Under the pieces are notes generated by a model. That model had not been told where the DNA came from. It saw only the letters and a list, made by a program, of their open reading frames with translations, and did no database searches. Of a stretch of DNA of 64,000 nucleotides, positions 1 to 9,580 are shown piece after piece. The stretch is from Spirochaetota bacterium (GTDB lineage: Bacteria; Spirochaetota; UBA4802; UBA5550), in assembly GCA_035400945.1 (NCBI GenBank), contig DAONAJ010000003.1:88676-152675 (forward strand), given 5' to 3'. Made by a program: the position numbers and the translations under genes. Position 1 is the first letter of the stretch. The number at the start of each line of letters is the position of its first letter.

Positions 1-74
1 AATGGAAACCACCACGGTGCAGGCAATGATAGCCCATGTAACATAAGAATGATTCATAAAAAGGGGCGTTCCCG

Positions 75-1076
75 TCATGCCGGCCGTTTGCCGGTCATCA
101 GGTCGTTTTCCATTCCTGTCGGTATTCTCTTAATTTCCACACAGCCGGCCTTCTCAAGCCACTGCCTCATTTCATCCTCGGTGAAGGTATCGCCGCTCTG
201 CGTGTTCACCAGCATGTTCAGGGCGAACAGGGCGCCCCGCACGGGGGCTGTCCGGTCATTTTCCATGATGTGGTCCTGGATCACAATCATACCGCCGGGG
301 TTCAGCGACCGGTAAGCCCTTGCCATGAGGGCCACATTTTCATCGCAGGAATTTATATGCACAATGGCCGACATGAAGACAAGGTCATATCCGGTCCCGA
401 AATCATCGGTGTTGTAGTCGCCGTCCATCGTCGTAATGCTTGCGGAAAGGCCGGCCTCATCGATATACTTTTTCGTGAGCGCCGTCACCCGGGGCAGGTC
501 AAGCACCACGGCCTGCAGGCCCGGCTTCGCCCGGGCAAAGGCCATGGAATACACGCCGGATCCGCCTCCCACGTCGAGGACCCGCCGGATTCCCGACAGG
601 TCCAGGTGCGACACCAGGCGCTCCGCGCTTTTTTTGGCGCGGTGATGCATCGCCTCAATGAAATGGCCGAGTGAAACCGGATCGTATTCCCGGGCGAGAA
701 CGGTTTTCCCCGCCCGTACCGCGTCGGTCAGGCTTCCCCAGGAACGGTACAGGTTCAGCGAATGGCCTATGCGCGACAGAAAGTCCTCCGATCCCTTCAC
801 CAGGTACCGGAGAGAAAGGCCGGTATTCATGAAACAGCCCTTCTCCTTCCTGAGAAACCCCAGGGCGCACAGGGCATTGAGAAGCCGGTCGGTGCCCCGG
901 GGATCCGCCTTGACGGCGTCAGCCACCTCGGTTGATGTCACGCGGCCGCTGCCGATGACGGTAAAAATATCCAGTTCGAAGGCGGTAAGTATGATCCTGC
1001 TTTTCTGGAAAGCTGAAACCATTTCTATGATCTGGTCCGGTCCGTCTATCGCTGGCTTCTCAATTTTATCAGGCAT
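75..1076 (-). CDS. Class I SAM-dependent O-methyltransferase (family 2, with N-terminal dimerisation domain)
   Basis: 333 aa; SAM-binding motif LDVGGGSGVYSMAFA, followed by the acidic and hydrophobic motifs typical of plant/bacterial O-MTases (CrtF/hydroxyneurosporene-OMT type); N-terminal winged-helix dimerisation region. Confidence 0.8.
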   Translation of the reverse strand: MPDKIEKPAIDGPDQIIEMVSAFQKSRIILTAFELDIFTVIGSGRVTSTEVADAVKADPRGTDRLLNALCALGFLRKEKGCFMNTGLSLRYLVKGSEDFLSRIGHSLNLYRSWGSLTDAVRAGKTVLAREYDPVSLGHFIEAMHHRAKKSAERLVSHLDLSGIRRVLDVGGGSGVYSMAFARAKPGLQAVVLDLPRVTALTKKYIDEAGLSASITTMDGDYNTDDFGTGYDLVFMSAIVHINSCDENVALMARAYRSLNPGGMIVIQDHIMENDRTAPVRGALFALNMLVNTQSGDTFTEDEMRQWLEKAGCVEIKRIPTGMENDLMTGKRPA

Positions 1077-1328
1077 GGCGTTGTCCCCTGCTTTATTGAA
1101 TCATATTGTAATGGGGACAACTATTTTTGCAATACAAATAATAATTCCTGATGAAAGGATATTTTCATAAAACTAATGGGACGCATGTTGAATTGATCCG
1201 GGACGCGGCAATATTATAATCATCCACGAATCATCCTGGCGAAGGACACCAAACAAGGATTTGCACAGGGTACGGGTGGTTGTTGATCAGAAGGGGGGAA
1301 GATTATGTATTGTTCCCTGAAATATGCG

Positions 1329-1514
1329 CTACGCCCTGCACTGTCGCACTATTTCGGTCAGATAGGCCCGGTAGCACCGGTTCGCCTGTTCTTCCGATAC
1401 ATGCTCCAGGATAAAACGGATGTCGTCGGCATCATCCCTGCTGAAGAGGATCCTGTCGCAGGCGTCCAGAATATGAATAACGGTGTTTTTTCTCAGCATG
1501 GCCATCCTCCTCAT
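1329..1514 (-). CDS. Hypothetical small protein (61 aa)
   Basis: ORF only; no recognisable domain and a weak RBS; sits in the gap between the O-MTase and the lipoprotein gene. Confidence 0.2.
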   Translation of the reverse strand: MRRMAMLRKNTVIHILDACDRILFSRDDADDIRFILEHVSEEQANRCYRAYLTEIVRQCRA

Positions 1515-1646
1515 CCGTGAGGTTCCGATTAATTAATCGGCAGGACAGGCACAAATTATCATCCTAATTCATCCCGGTATCATGATTTTCCGCGCATACC
1601 GCCCGGCGTCATTCCGGAAAAGGCCGGGATGACGCCGTTTTTTTCA

Positions 1647-2549
1647 TTATTCCGGCTTTTTCTTTCTCCTGAAGAGGGCCGCAATGACCTTCCGTTTCCA
1701 GATGATCAACCCGGCAATGGCGGCCAGGGGAAGGAGATAAATGACCACCCAGAGAAGCTTCAATAAAAAATTCACCATGCCGACGACTGCATTGAAGTAA
1801 TCAGGCACATTGATGCGGTCCGGTCCCTTCAGGCTGACATGTATCCACGCCCATGCGACCCTGTCGCGGATCTTCCATTTACCGTGTTCAGCAGCGTCCA
1901 GGCGGTCCTCGCTCTGGGTCAGGGAATTGTCTATTTCGCTCCAGCTCTTCACGGCCGGCGCCACCTGGCCCGCAGCGGCGTTCTTCCGCGCTATACGAAG
2001 CTGTTCACGCTTGACCGTCCGCTCCTGCAGGGCCATCTCCTCGGTATGGTCAGTCACGCTGATGTTCTCGGAAACCAGCCTGCCCACCCTGTCGAGGTCC
2101 CGGAGGGCCTCATAGATCTTATCCGATTTTATCAGCAGATCGGATACCACGGCAGGCGGCTGGTCCTCCAGGGAGGTCCCGGCCTGCTTGATGAAGCCGT
2201 ATTTCGCCACGATCCCCAGCAGTTCATGCCGGGATTTAGACAGATCGCCGCTTTCATAGGTCAGGTCGACCCGGTATTCAAGGAGCCGCTCCTTGGCAAA
2301 TTCCATGGGGGTAAGAAAATGCCCGGCGAGGCCCCCTTTGCCGCCGTCTTTTTCCCCGGCAGCTTCGCGCTCTCTCTTACCCGCTGTTTCATCGGCGACA
2401 TTTCTGGCCTGCTCCTGTACAGCGCTCTTATCTTCCAGGGCGGCCGGGGCTTCGGCTTCCCGCGGAGATTCAGCTTTTTTGCATGATAATGGCGGTAATA
2501 AGACCAGTGCGCACAACAGTATCACAGCATGAATTCCGGGATTATTCAT
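1647..2549 (-). CDS. Hypothetical lipoprotein with C-terminal TM helix (DUF4349-like architecture)
   Basis: 300 aa; N-terminal signal peptide with lipobox-like LSC; central coiled-coil/charged region; C-terminal hydrophobic helix followed by basic tail (RRKKKPE). Confidence 0.55.
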   Translation of the reverse strand: MNNPGIHAVILLCALVLLPPLSCKKAESPREAEAPAALEDKSAVQEQARNVADETAGKREREAAGEKDGGKGGLAGHFLTPMEFAKERLLEYRVDLTYESGDLSKSRHELLGIVAKYGFIKQAGTSLEDQPPAVVSDLLIKSDKIYEALRDLDRVGRLVSENISVTDHTEEMALQERTVKREQLRIARKNAAAGQVAPAVKSWSEIDNSLTQSEDRLDAAEHGKWKIRDRVAWAWIHVSLKGPDRINVPDYFNAVVGMVNFLLKLLWVVIYLLPLAAIAGLIIWKRKVIAALFRRKKKPE

Positions 2550-2646
2550 AACGACTCCTCATCATATGATATTTGACGCGGTATGGCTGTATAAGGTTCT
2601 CGAAAAAATAACGGGCACAGGAAAGCATACCCTCATCCATGCATTG

Positions 2647-3027
2647 TCACATCTGTCTTTTATTCATGCAGATTCCTTTTTCGCAGACCGGGTTGCAGTA
2701 CCACGGTCCGCACCGGACCTTCAAATCACATCCGGCATTGCGGAATTCCTGGGCAATGAGCCGGAGGCGGCCGGCGGTTTTCTCATCGGCCAGGCCGCCG
2801 CAGGGAGACTTCATGGTCGCCGGCCCGAAGCACCCGCAATCAGCGTCAATTTCGCATGTGTAGGTGGCGCCGGAAAGGACATCGTCGAAGCGCTTCCCAA
2901 TTTCGCTGCATTTCTGCTTTGCGCCATGGGCCGCAAGGCAGGGACCGGGACCGAAGTCCCATATAAAGAGAAGAAGCAGGGCCCCGATTACCGCCGCCGG
3001 CACGAAATAGATTGTCAGGAATTTCAT
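2647..3027 (-). CDS. Small cysteine-rich secreted/membrane-anchored protein
   Basis: Start chosen at internal ATG (MKFLTIYFVPAAVIGALLLLFI signal-anchor); 12 Cys in about 100 mature residues (CEIDADCGCFGP...CGPWYCNPVCEKGIC); no known domain. Confidence 0.45.
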   Translation of the reverse strand: MKFLTIYFVPAAVIGALLLLFIWDFGPGPCLAAHGAKQKCSEIGKRFDDVLSGATYTCEIDADCGCFGPATMKSPCGGLADEKTAGRLRLIAQEFRNAGCDLKVRCGPWYCNPVCEKGICMNKRQM

Positions 3028-3097
3028 GACCTTGAAGGTACCCCGCCATTCCCTGCCTGGCAATAACTTTTTCGGAAGAGTGCCGTCGGAAAACCGG

Positions 3098-3769
3098 TTA
3101 CCAGCGCACTATCTTCCAGCCGCGTTTACGCGCCGTCCGTTCCAGCTTCCGGTCCGGGGTCACGCACACGGGATTGCCGACCGCTTCAAGCACCGGCAGA
3201 TCCGCGATCGAATCAGCGTAGTAGTACGCTGTCTCCATCGCATATCCATTATCCCGGCAATACCGCCTTGCCCGGTCAAGCTTGCCCATGCCATGGCAAT
3301 AGCTGCCCTTGAGATTCCCGGTGAGCCGGCCATCCTCGACTTCCAGCTCCGTGCAGAGAATGTCATCCATGCCAAGATACTTCCTCAATTCCTCGCATAT
3401 AAACGTGGGCGATGCCGAAAGTATCACGGTGCGGGTGCCGTTTACCCGGTGACGGCGTATCTCCTCCCGGGCACCCTCGCGCACCAGGCCTTTCAGCTCT
3501 TCAATCCACTCGGCAGCAATCGGTGCTATTGCTTCCACGCTCATGCCCCGGTACCATTTCATCCAGCGCGATACGGCATTCTGCGCCGAGATGATCCCAA
3601 GCTGATAGAGGATGTTGACCAGCACCGCCCTCCTGATCTCTCTTTTTCCGATGAGGCCATGCCGGTAAGAACCCTTGAACATGATGCGGCCGCTCGATGT
3701 GCTGAGTATGGTATGGTCCAGGTCAAAAAACGCCAGGTCATTCTTCACCGTATATCTCCCTCTTCTCAT
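3098..3769 (-). CDS. HAD-IB family hydrolase
   Basis: DxDxT motif FFDLDHTIL at N-terminus, HAD cap and C-terminal DD motif; start placed at MRRGRY to avoid overlap with the upstream gene. Confidence 0.75.
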   Translation of the reverse strand: MRRGRYTVKNDLAFFDLDHTILSTSSGRIMFKGSYRHGLIGKREIRRAVLVNILYQLGIISAQNAVSRWMKWYRGMSVEAIAPIAAEWIEELKGLVREGAREEIRRHRVNGTRTVILSASPTFICEELRKYLGMDDILCTELEVEDGRLTGNLKGSYCHGMGKLDRARRYCRDNGYAMETAYYYADSIADLPVLEAVGNPVCVTPDRKLERTARKRGWKIVRW

Positions 3770-3774
3770 GCAGA

Positions 3775-4386
3775 CTATAAAACATGCCGCGCCAGGCGCA
3801 GGGCCCACCGCCGGGCGGCATAGGTGTCGTAAAAATATATCTCCCGCGCCAGGAATCGCATCCTGCTGCCGAAGCCCCGGTAGCGGGTCGTGGGGGTCGG
3901 TGACGGGTAGGCGGTCATGCCGAGGTCATGAGCGATCCTCATGGCGCGCTTCATGTGCAGGGGATCGCTCACAACCAGGAATGTCTTCAATCCGTTTTTT
4001 CCGGCCAGATCCCGGGCGCAGGCAAGGTTTTCTTCAGTGGTCCTGGACCGGTCCTCCCCGAGTATATCCCGCAGCGGCACGCCGCGGCCGGCAGCGTAAA
4101 GCGACGCAACGGTTGATGCGGGCGGCTCATTGACGCTGTCCCGGGCCCCGGTGAAGATGATCTTTGTCACATAGCCGTTCCGGTAAAGCCATACCGCGTG
4201 ATTGATACGCTCCCTGAACACAGGCGATGGCCTGTCGCCGTAGGATGCCGCGCCGAGGACTATGGCCGCGTCTGATTTCACGGGTTCCGCGTCTCTGCCG
4301 TAGGTGATGAAACTGACGGCGTTATACAGGAACACACCGGCCAGCAGTCCTGACAAGGATATTAGTATAGCGTTATGCAATTTCAT
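3775..4386 (-). CDS. YdcF/ElyC/SanA family protein (DUF218)
   Basis: 203 aa; N-terminal TM anchor then DUF218 core (AIVLGAASYGDRPSPVFRERINHAVWLYRNGYVTKIIFTG...VVSDPLHMKRA). Confidence 0.7.
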   Translation of the reverse strand: MKLHNAILISLSGLLAGVFLYNAVSFITYGRDAEPVKSDAAIVLGAASYGDRPSPVFRERINHAVWLYRNGYVTKIIFTGARDSVNEPPASTVASLYAAGRGVPLRDILGEDRSRTTEENLACARDLAGKNGLKTFLVVSDPLHMKRAMRIAHDLGMTAYPSPTPTTRYRGFGSRMRFLAREIYFYDTYAARRWALRLARHVL

Positions 4387-5051
4387 CGCGGTGTTTACAT
4401 GGTCGCTGCATACTGATTACATATCACACTAGTACCACGGTCATGCGATGACAAGAACATTTTTTCCATGAACGGCAACCTCCATGAACCGCGTAATATT
4501 TTTTCCTCACTGATTGATTTCTACAACAACAGCGGCCATATTCGCATTCATAATTTATCCGCAGAACAATCACCGGTGCGGACTGTCACATTCAGGGAAA
4601 TCATCGGAGGGGTTGCATGAAAAAATTATATCTGCCATTAAGGGGTTTACTATGGTTAGAAAACATTTGGAAGCGCCATCGGTGATCATCCTGATGGCGT
4701 GGGGAGCGGGGCCGGCCGGTCCCCCTGATACCGCGCTACTGCGGAAAGGCAAAGTACAACATGGGTGGCCTTGTCCCCGGTATCGTGGCGGGTGTAGATT
4801 TCGATATCAAGAAACACGTGACAGTCTCGACAAGCGGCGGTCTTCGGTATGGCGCCACGGCAGGAGTGATGTCGTTCCGGCGCGGCGGATTATTTGAGGG
4901 CAACAGGATCGCCTACAGCCATGGCCATGAAGCCTTCCTCGATTTTTCGATTATGCACCAGTTCGACACGAGGCAAACCGGCAAGAAAGCGGGTTGAATG
5001 GAGATCACGTTCGGGGCGGCGGACGCATGGATCGGTCGCCGCCCGATCCTT

Positions 5052-6245
5052 TTACAGGTTCATCGGCTTCGGTTCCTGCTTTTCGCTGTCCCAGTACGGG
5101 GAAATCTCGAGAAGACGGTTGACCACTTCCGGCATGACGGAAAGGACATAGTCGATTTCCTCGGCCACCGTATAGCGGCTCAGGCTGAACCTGATCGATC
5201 CGTGGGCGGAAGTGAAGGGAACGCCCATGGCCCTGAGGACATGGGAAGGCTCCAGGGACCCCGAGGAACACGCCGAACCGGACGACGCGGCAATACCCAT
5301 GCCGTCAAGATACAGCAATATGGCTTCGCCCTCGATGTACCCGAAACCCACATTCGTTGTGTTGGGAACACGCTTGCCCGCTTCGCCGTTGAGGCTTGAA
5401 TTTTTGAAAGAAGACAACAGCCCCTTCTCCAGTCTGTCACGAAGCGCCTTTACCTTGGTGGCATAATCGGGAAGGTGCTTCAATGCCAGCTCCGCGGCCT
5501 TACCCATACCGATGATGCCGGGAACATTTTCCGTTCCGGGGCGCCTTCCCTTTTCCTGATGGCCGCCGTATAGAATCGGACGCATCCTGGTTCCGCGCCG
5601 CACATAGAGAGCCCCTATTCCCTTGGGAGCATGGAACTTGTGACCCGATATGGTAAGAAGATCGCACTGTATCCTGTTCACTTCGATCGGGATCTTGCCC
5701 GCTGCCTGGACCGCATCCACATGAAAGGGAATCCCCCGTTCTTTCAGAAACGGACCTATTTCCTCGACGGGGAAAATCACTCCCGTTTCGTTATTGGCAT
5801 ACATGATCGAAACAATGGCGGTGTCATCGTCAACGGAACTTTTCAGCGCGTTCATGTCCAGGTTGCCGGCATGATCCACGGGGACATAGGTGACGCGATA
5901 CCCTTCTTTTTCGAGCTTTTTGTAAAGGGAGATGATCGCCGGGTGCTCGACCCTGGAGGTGATGATATGCCGCTTGTCACGGTAATAGGCCAGCACACCC
6001 ATGACGGCCATGTTGTCGCTCTCGGTCCCGGTGCCGGTGAACACGATCTCATAATCGTTGTCCGCGCCAACCAGCCTGGCCACATTCATTCTCGCCAGGG
6101 CCACTTCCCTGGCCACGGACCCGCCAAAGGCGTGCATGCTGGACGGGTTTCCGTACCGCTCTTTCAGGAAGGGCATCATTGCGTCCAGGACCTCGGGCGC
6201 TATCATTGTCGTGGCGTTGTTATCCAGATATACGTTACGTTCCAT
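5052..6245 (-). CDS. nifS: Cysteine desulfurase NifS
   Basis: 397 aa class V aminotransferase; PLP-lysine region ISGHKFHAPKGIGALYVR and active-site Cys loop SSGSACSSGS; immediately downstream of nifU. Confidence 0.9.
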   Translation of the reverse strand: MERNVYLDNNATTMIAPEVLDAMMPFLKERYGNPSSMHAFGGSVAREVALARMNVARLVGADNDYEIVFTGTGTESDNMAVMGVLAYYRDKRHIITSRVEHPAIISLYKKLEKEGYRVTYVPVDHAGNLDMNALKSSVDDDTAIVSIMYANNETGVIFPVEEIGPFLKERGIPFHVDAVQAAGKIPIEVNRIQCDLLTISGHKFHAPKGIGALYVRRGTRMRPILYGGHQEKGRRPGTENVPGIIGMGKAAELALKHLPDYATKVKALRDRLEKGLLSSFKNSSLNGEAGKRVPNTTNVGFGYIEGEAILLYLDGMGIAASSGSACSSGSLEPSHVLRAMGVPFTSAHGSIRFSLSRYTVAEEIDYVLSVMPEVVNRLLEISPYWDSEKQEPKPMNL

Positions 6246-6272
6246 CTCATCACCCCCCGCCGGATACGCGGC

Positions 6273-7118
6273 TTATTTCACTTCATGGACAACAATGTCC
6301 TCTTCAACAAACTCGCGGAGCTTGGCCTCCACCAGGTTTTTCAGGGTCACATCGGAGACCATGCAGTTGACGCAGTGGCCGCGCAGGCCCACGTGCACAT
6401 TCTTATTGTCGATATCAATGAGCTCGATATCGCCGCCGTCTTTCTGGAGCATGGGCCTGATGACGTTGGCAATGGTTTCCTCAACCAGCTGCATTCGTTT
6501 GATGTTCGTGAGAGGCTTCCTGGCCGCCTTGGCAACCTCGGCCTCATGCACCTCGCCGGCCATTTCGTGAAGGATATCTTCTATCTTCGGGATGCATGAA
6601 CCGCAGGCCCCGCCGGCCTTCGTGTAGTTGGTGACGTCTTCCACGGTCTTGAGGTTATTTTCCCGAATGACATTTCTGATAAGGTTTTCGGTCACACCGA
6701 AGCAATGGCAGATAATCTCGCCTTCGGTATCGACATGGTCGGTTATCTTTTCACCGCGCCAGTTGGCTATGGCTTTTTCGAGCGCCTCGTTCCCCATGAC
6801 CGAGCAGTGCATTTTCTCCTCCGGCAGCCCGCCCAGGTAATCCGCAATGTCCTTGTTGGTTATTTTTTGCGCTTCCTCAACGGTTTTACCAATGATCATT
6901 TCGGTCAGGGCCGATGATGAGGCAATGGCGCTGCCGCAGCCGAAGGTTTCAAACTTAGCGTCACGGATAACATGGTTTTCATCGATGGAGAGGTACAGTT
7001 TAAGGGCATCGCCGCAGACAATGCTGCCTACTTCAGCGACGGCGTTGGCATTGTCAAGCTTGCCCACATTTTTCGGGTGCATATACAGCTGCTTGACTTT
7101 ATCGGTATAATCCCACAT
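6273..7118 (-). CDS. nifU: Fe-S cluster assembly protein NifU (three-domain form)
   Basis: 281 aa; N-terminal IscU-like domain (VGSIVCGDALKLYL...FGCGSAIASSSALTEMI...MHCSVMGNEAL), central Cys-containing bacterioferritin-type 2Fe-2S region, C-terminal NifU domain (GGACGSC). Confidence 0.85.
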   Translation of the reverse strand: MWDYTDKVKQLYMHPKNVGKLDNANAVAEVGSIVCGDALKLYLSIDENHVIRDAKFETFGCGSAIASSSALTEMIIGKTVEEAQKITNKDIADYLGGLPEEKMHCSVMGNEALEKAIANWRGEKITDHVDTEGEIICHCFGVTENLIRNVIRENNLKTVEDVTNYTKAGGACGSCIPKIEDILHEMAGEVHEAEVAKAARKPLTNIKRMQLVEETIANVIRPMLQKDGGDIELIDIDNKNVHVGLRGHCVNCMVSDVTLKNLVEAKLREFVEEDIVVHEVK

Positions 7119-7372
7119 TGGAAACCTCCTGCGAATTAGCTGAACAATCTGTCATCACACAAAACATCTGTCAAATAGATATTTTAAATATCACAATCCC
7201 AGTTATATTAAAATAATCTAAAATACTAAAAAAGTCGAGTATTTAAATTGGATTATTATGAATTAGTCACTATCCTGCACCCAATTTTTTAAAAAACTGC
7301 CTCAATGATAAAAATTTTAACAATATACGCTGGCGCTTCGATAACTAAATAAACATAAATTCAGAGGTATAC

Positions 7373-7729
7373 ATGTTTATTGAAACAACCATCAATGTCC
7401 ATAGTGACTGCTTGAGTAAATTATCCGAAACCGCCTGCTGTACCGGTATGTCACGCACAGCGATTATTACACATCTGTTGAAATATGCCCTGGAACTGAT
7501 AAAGTTGCCGAAGATGTCGGTGTCTTTAATTCTTGCTATTGTAATTGATAAATTTCTGAAGCGGTTTTTTAAGGCAAGAAAAGCCGATAACCATCAAATT
7601 CAGAATTACATGATAATGAAAAGAATAATAGATGAAATAACACATTGGATCTTCATCTGGAGATATCCGCCCAGCATTGAAGCCTATGTTAGCCATGGGG
7701 ATGATATATCCTCACCAAACATCATGTAA
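7373..7729 (+). CDS. Hypothetical small protein in AT-rich island
   Basis: 118 aa ORF with good RBS (AGAGG, 5-nt spacer); about 40% GC versus about 62% for the flanks; weak resemblance to a ribbon-helix-helix (MSRTAIITHLLKYALE). Confidence 0.35.
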   Translation: MFIETTINVHSDCLSKLSETACCTGMSRTAIITHLLKYALELIKLPKMSVSLILAIVIDKFLKRFFKARKADNHQIQNYMIMKRIIDEITHWIFIWRYPPSIEAYVSHGDDISSPNIM

Positions 7730-7753
7730 CCCGGCCATTAATGCATCAGCCGC

Positions 7754-8404
7754 CTACAGGTCCAGCAATTCCTCCGGTTGTTTCAGAAGCAGCCGCGCCC
7801 CGCTGGCCAACAATTCATCGGCATCCCTGAAACCCCAGAGAGCCCCCACGGGAAACATGCCGGCCGCAACCGCGGCCTTCATGTCCGTGTCCGAATCTCC
7901 CAGATAAAGAATGTCACGCGGCGCAATGTCCATCTCCCTGGCGATGAACAATGCCGCTGACGGGTCCGGTTTCTTCGGGAACCTGTCAGTTGCCCCCAGG
8001 ATAATCTCAAAATGCCAGCGCGAGAAATAATGGCGGCAGATGGCCTGTGTGAAATCGTCAGGCTTGTTCGACAGGATGGACAGTGGCGTCCCGCGTTTCG
8101 TAAAAGCGTCAAGCATTGAATCGATGCCGGTGTAGAGCCTGGTCTTAATGCCCCACCGCCGGGAATATTCATCCCGCATCTGTGCGGATATCTCCGCAGC
8201 CCGCTCATCATTGTCAAATCCGTCAGGTAAAACCCGACGCGACAGATCGCCGACGCCGCCGCCCACAAACTTCTTGTACCGTTCCACCGGATGCGGGTTA
8301 AACCCGTTACGCTGGAGAACAGAATTCATCGAGTCGGCGATATCATCCAGGGTATTGAGAAGCGTCCCATCCAGGTCGAATAATAATGCCTTATAATCCA
8401 TCAT
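7754..8404 (-). CDS. HAD-IA family hydrolase (phosphoglycolate phosphatase-like)
   Basis: 216 aa; motif I LLFDLDGTLLNT, motif III K, motif IV GDSDTDMKAA. Confidence 0.8.
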   Translation of the reverse strand: MMDYKALLFDLDGTLLNTLDDIADSMNSVLQRNGFNPHPVERYKKFVGGGVGDLSRRVLPDGFDNDERAAEISAQMRDEYSRRWGIKTRLYTGIDSMLDAFTKRGTPLSILSNKPDDFTQAICRHYFSRWHFEIILGATDRFPKKPDPSAALFIAREMDIAPRDILYLGDSDTDMKAAVAAGMFPVGALWGFRDADELLASGARLLLKQPEELLDL

Positions 8405-8439
8405 TCACTCCAGCCTATTACCATAACCGCCGGTTCAGA

Positions 8440-9546
8440 TCACCCCTTCCGCCGGACGAGGTCTTTCACATATTCGCCGATTGCCATTGAGCTTGTCAGG
8501 CCCGGCGACTCGATCCCGACGAGATTCACCAGGTGCGGAAAACCCGCGTCGCTTTCTTCCCTTATATAAAAATCCTTAACCTCTTTGCCGTCAGGGCCCT
8601 GGAGTTTAGGACGAATGCCGGCGGTATCGGGATGCAGTTCATCAGGGACGATCGACGGAAACATTTTTTTCGCCGACCTGTAGAAATAATCCTTCTTGCT
8701 GTCTGAGACGGAAAAATCATCAATACTGCCGATGTATTCGGTATCGGGACCGAAGCGGATCCTTCCATCCATGTCAATGGTCGCATGGACGCCCAGGCCG
8801 GTTAATTTTTTTTCCGGCACCGGGTACACCAGGTGACTGCACCGGATTTTTCCGGTATATGAAAAATAGGACCCCTTGCAGGGATGGATCGGCGGAACCG
8901 ATATTCCCGCCATTCCGGCCAAGGCCGTTGCGTGCAGGCCGGCCGCATTGATCACGTATTCGGTGGAAAACCTGCTGCCATCACCGAGTTCAAGCACATA
9001 ATGCTTATCCTGACGCAGGGAAACCACCGGTGAATTATACAGCAGGCTCCCGCCGTTCTGCTGCACATCGTACGCCATGGCCTTCATCAGCGAATGACTG
9101 TCGACTATGCCTGTTTCTTTGAGGTACAATGAGGCGGTTACATTGATGTGCGGCTCCAGCATGATGGATTCGTATGTATCCAGCAGCGCCACGTTTTCGA
9201 CGCCGTTCTTTCCGGCCTGGATGCGGAGCCACTCCAGCTCCGCTTCTTCTTCCGGACAGGTGGCGATGATCAGTTTGCCGCATTTTTTATGGGGGATATT
9301 CCGACGGGCGCAGTAATCGTACAGGAGCTTTCTGCCCCGGACGCAGAGCCTCTGCTTCAGGCTTCCCTCGCGGTAATAGATCCCGGAATGAATGACCTCG
9401 CTGTTGCGTGAACTGATCCCGCAGCCGAAGGTCTTCTCTTTTTCCACGACAAGGAGATCACCGCCGTCACTGCCGGCTTCGGCCAGGGCCCTGGCGACCG
9501 CGAGACCCACGACACCGGCCCCTATAATAGTATACTTGAAATCCAT
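8440..9546 (-). CDS. FAD-dependent oxidoreductase, L-2-hydroxyglutarate oxidase (LhgO/YgaF)-like
   Basis: 368 aa; N-terminal GAGVVG Rossmann dinucleotide fold; collinear similarity to LhgO (e.g. GSLKQRLCVRGRKLLYDYC...CGKLIIAT). Confidence 0.75.
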   Translation of the reverse strand: MDFKYTIIGAGVVGLAVARALAEAGSDGGDLLVVEKEKTFGCGISSRNSEVIHSGIYYREGSLKQRLCVRGRKLLYDYCARRNIPHKKCGKLIIATCPEEEAELEWLRIQAGKNGVENVALLDTYESIMLEPHINVTASLYLKETGIVDSHSLMKAMAYDVQQNGGSLLYNSPVVSLRQDKHYVLELGDGSRFSTEYVINAAGLHATALAGMAGISVPPIHPCKGSYFSYTGKIRCSHLVYPVPEKKLTGLGVHATIDMDGRIRFGPDTEYIGSIDDFSVSDSKKDYFYRSAKKMFPSIVPDELHPDTAGIRPKLQGPDGKEVKDFYIREESDAGFPHLVNLVGIESPGLTSSMAIGEYVKDLVRRKG

Positions 9547-9580
9547 TGATATGTTTTCGTTCAGTCCGGATCAGTCTGCC

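Noticed and set aside
4514-4997. Two overlapping ORFs (127 aa and 78 aa) in the 650-bp gap between ydcF and nifS
   Set aside because: No RBS, no recognisable domains, different frames with no convincing start; possibly a small unannotated gene or a decayed remnant, but not supportable.
4980-5045. Hairpin gggcggcg…cgccgccc downstream of nifS as a terminator
   Set aside because: Stem present but no U-tract on the minus strand; left unannotated.
7119-7372. Sigma-54/NifA-type promoter upstream of nifU
   Set aside because: Scanned the minus strand for TGGCAC-N5-TTGC; no acceptable match seen by eye, so no promoter call made.
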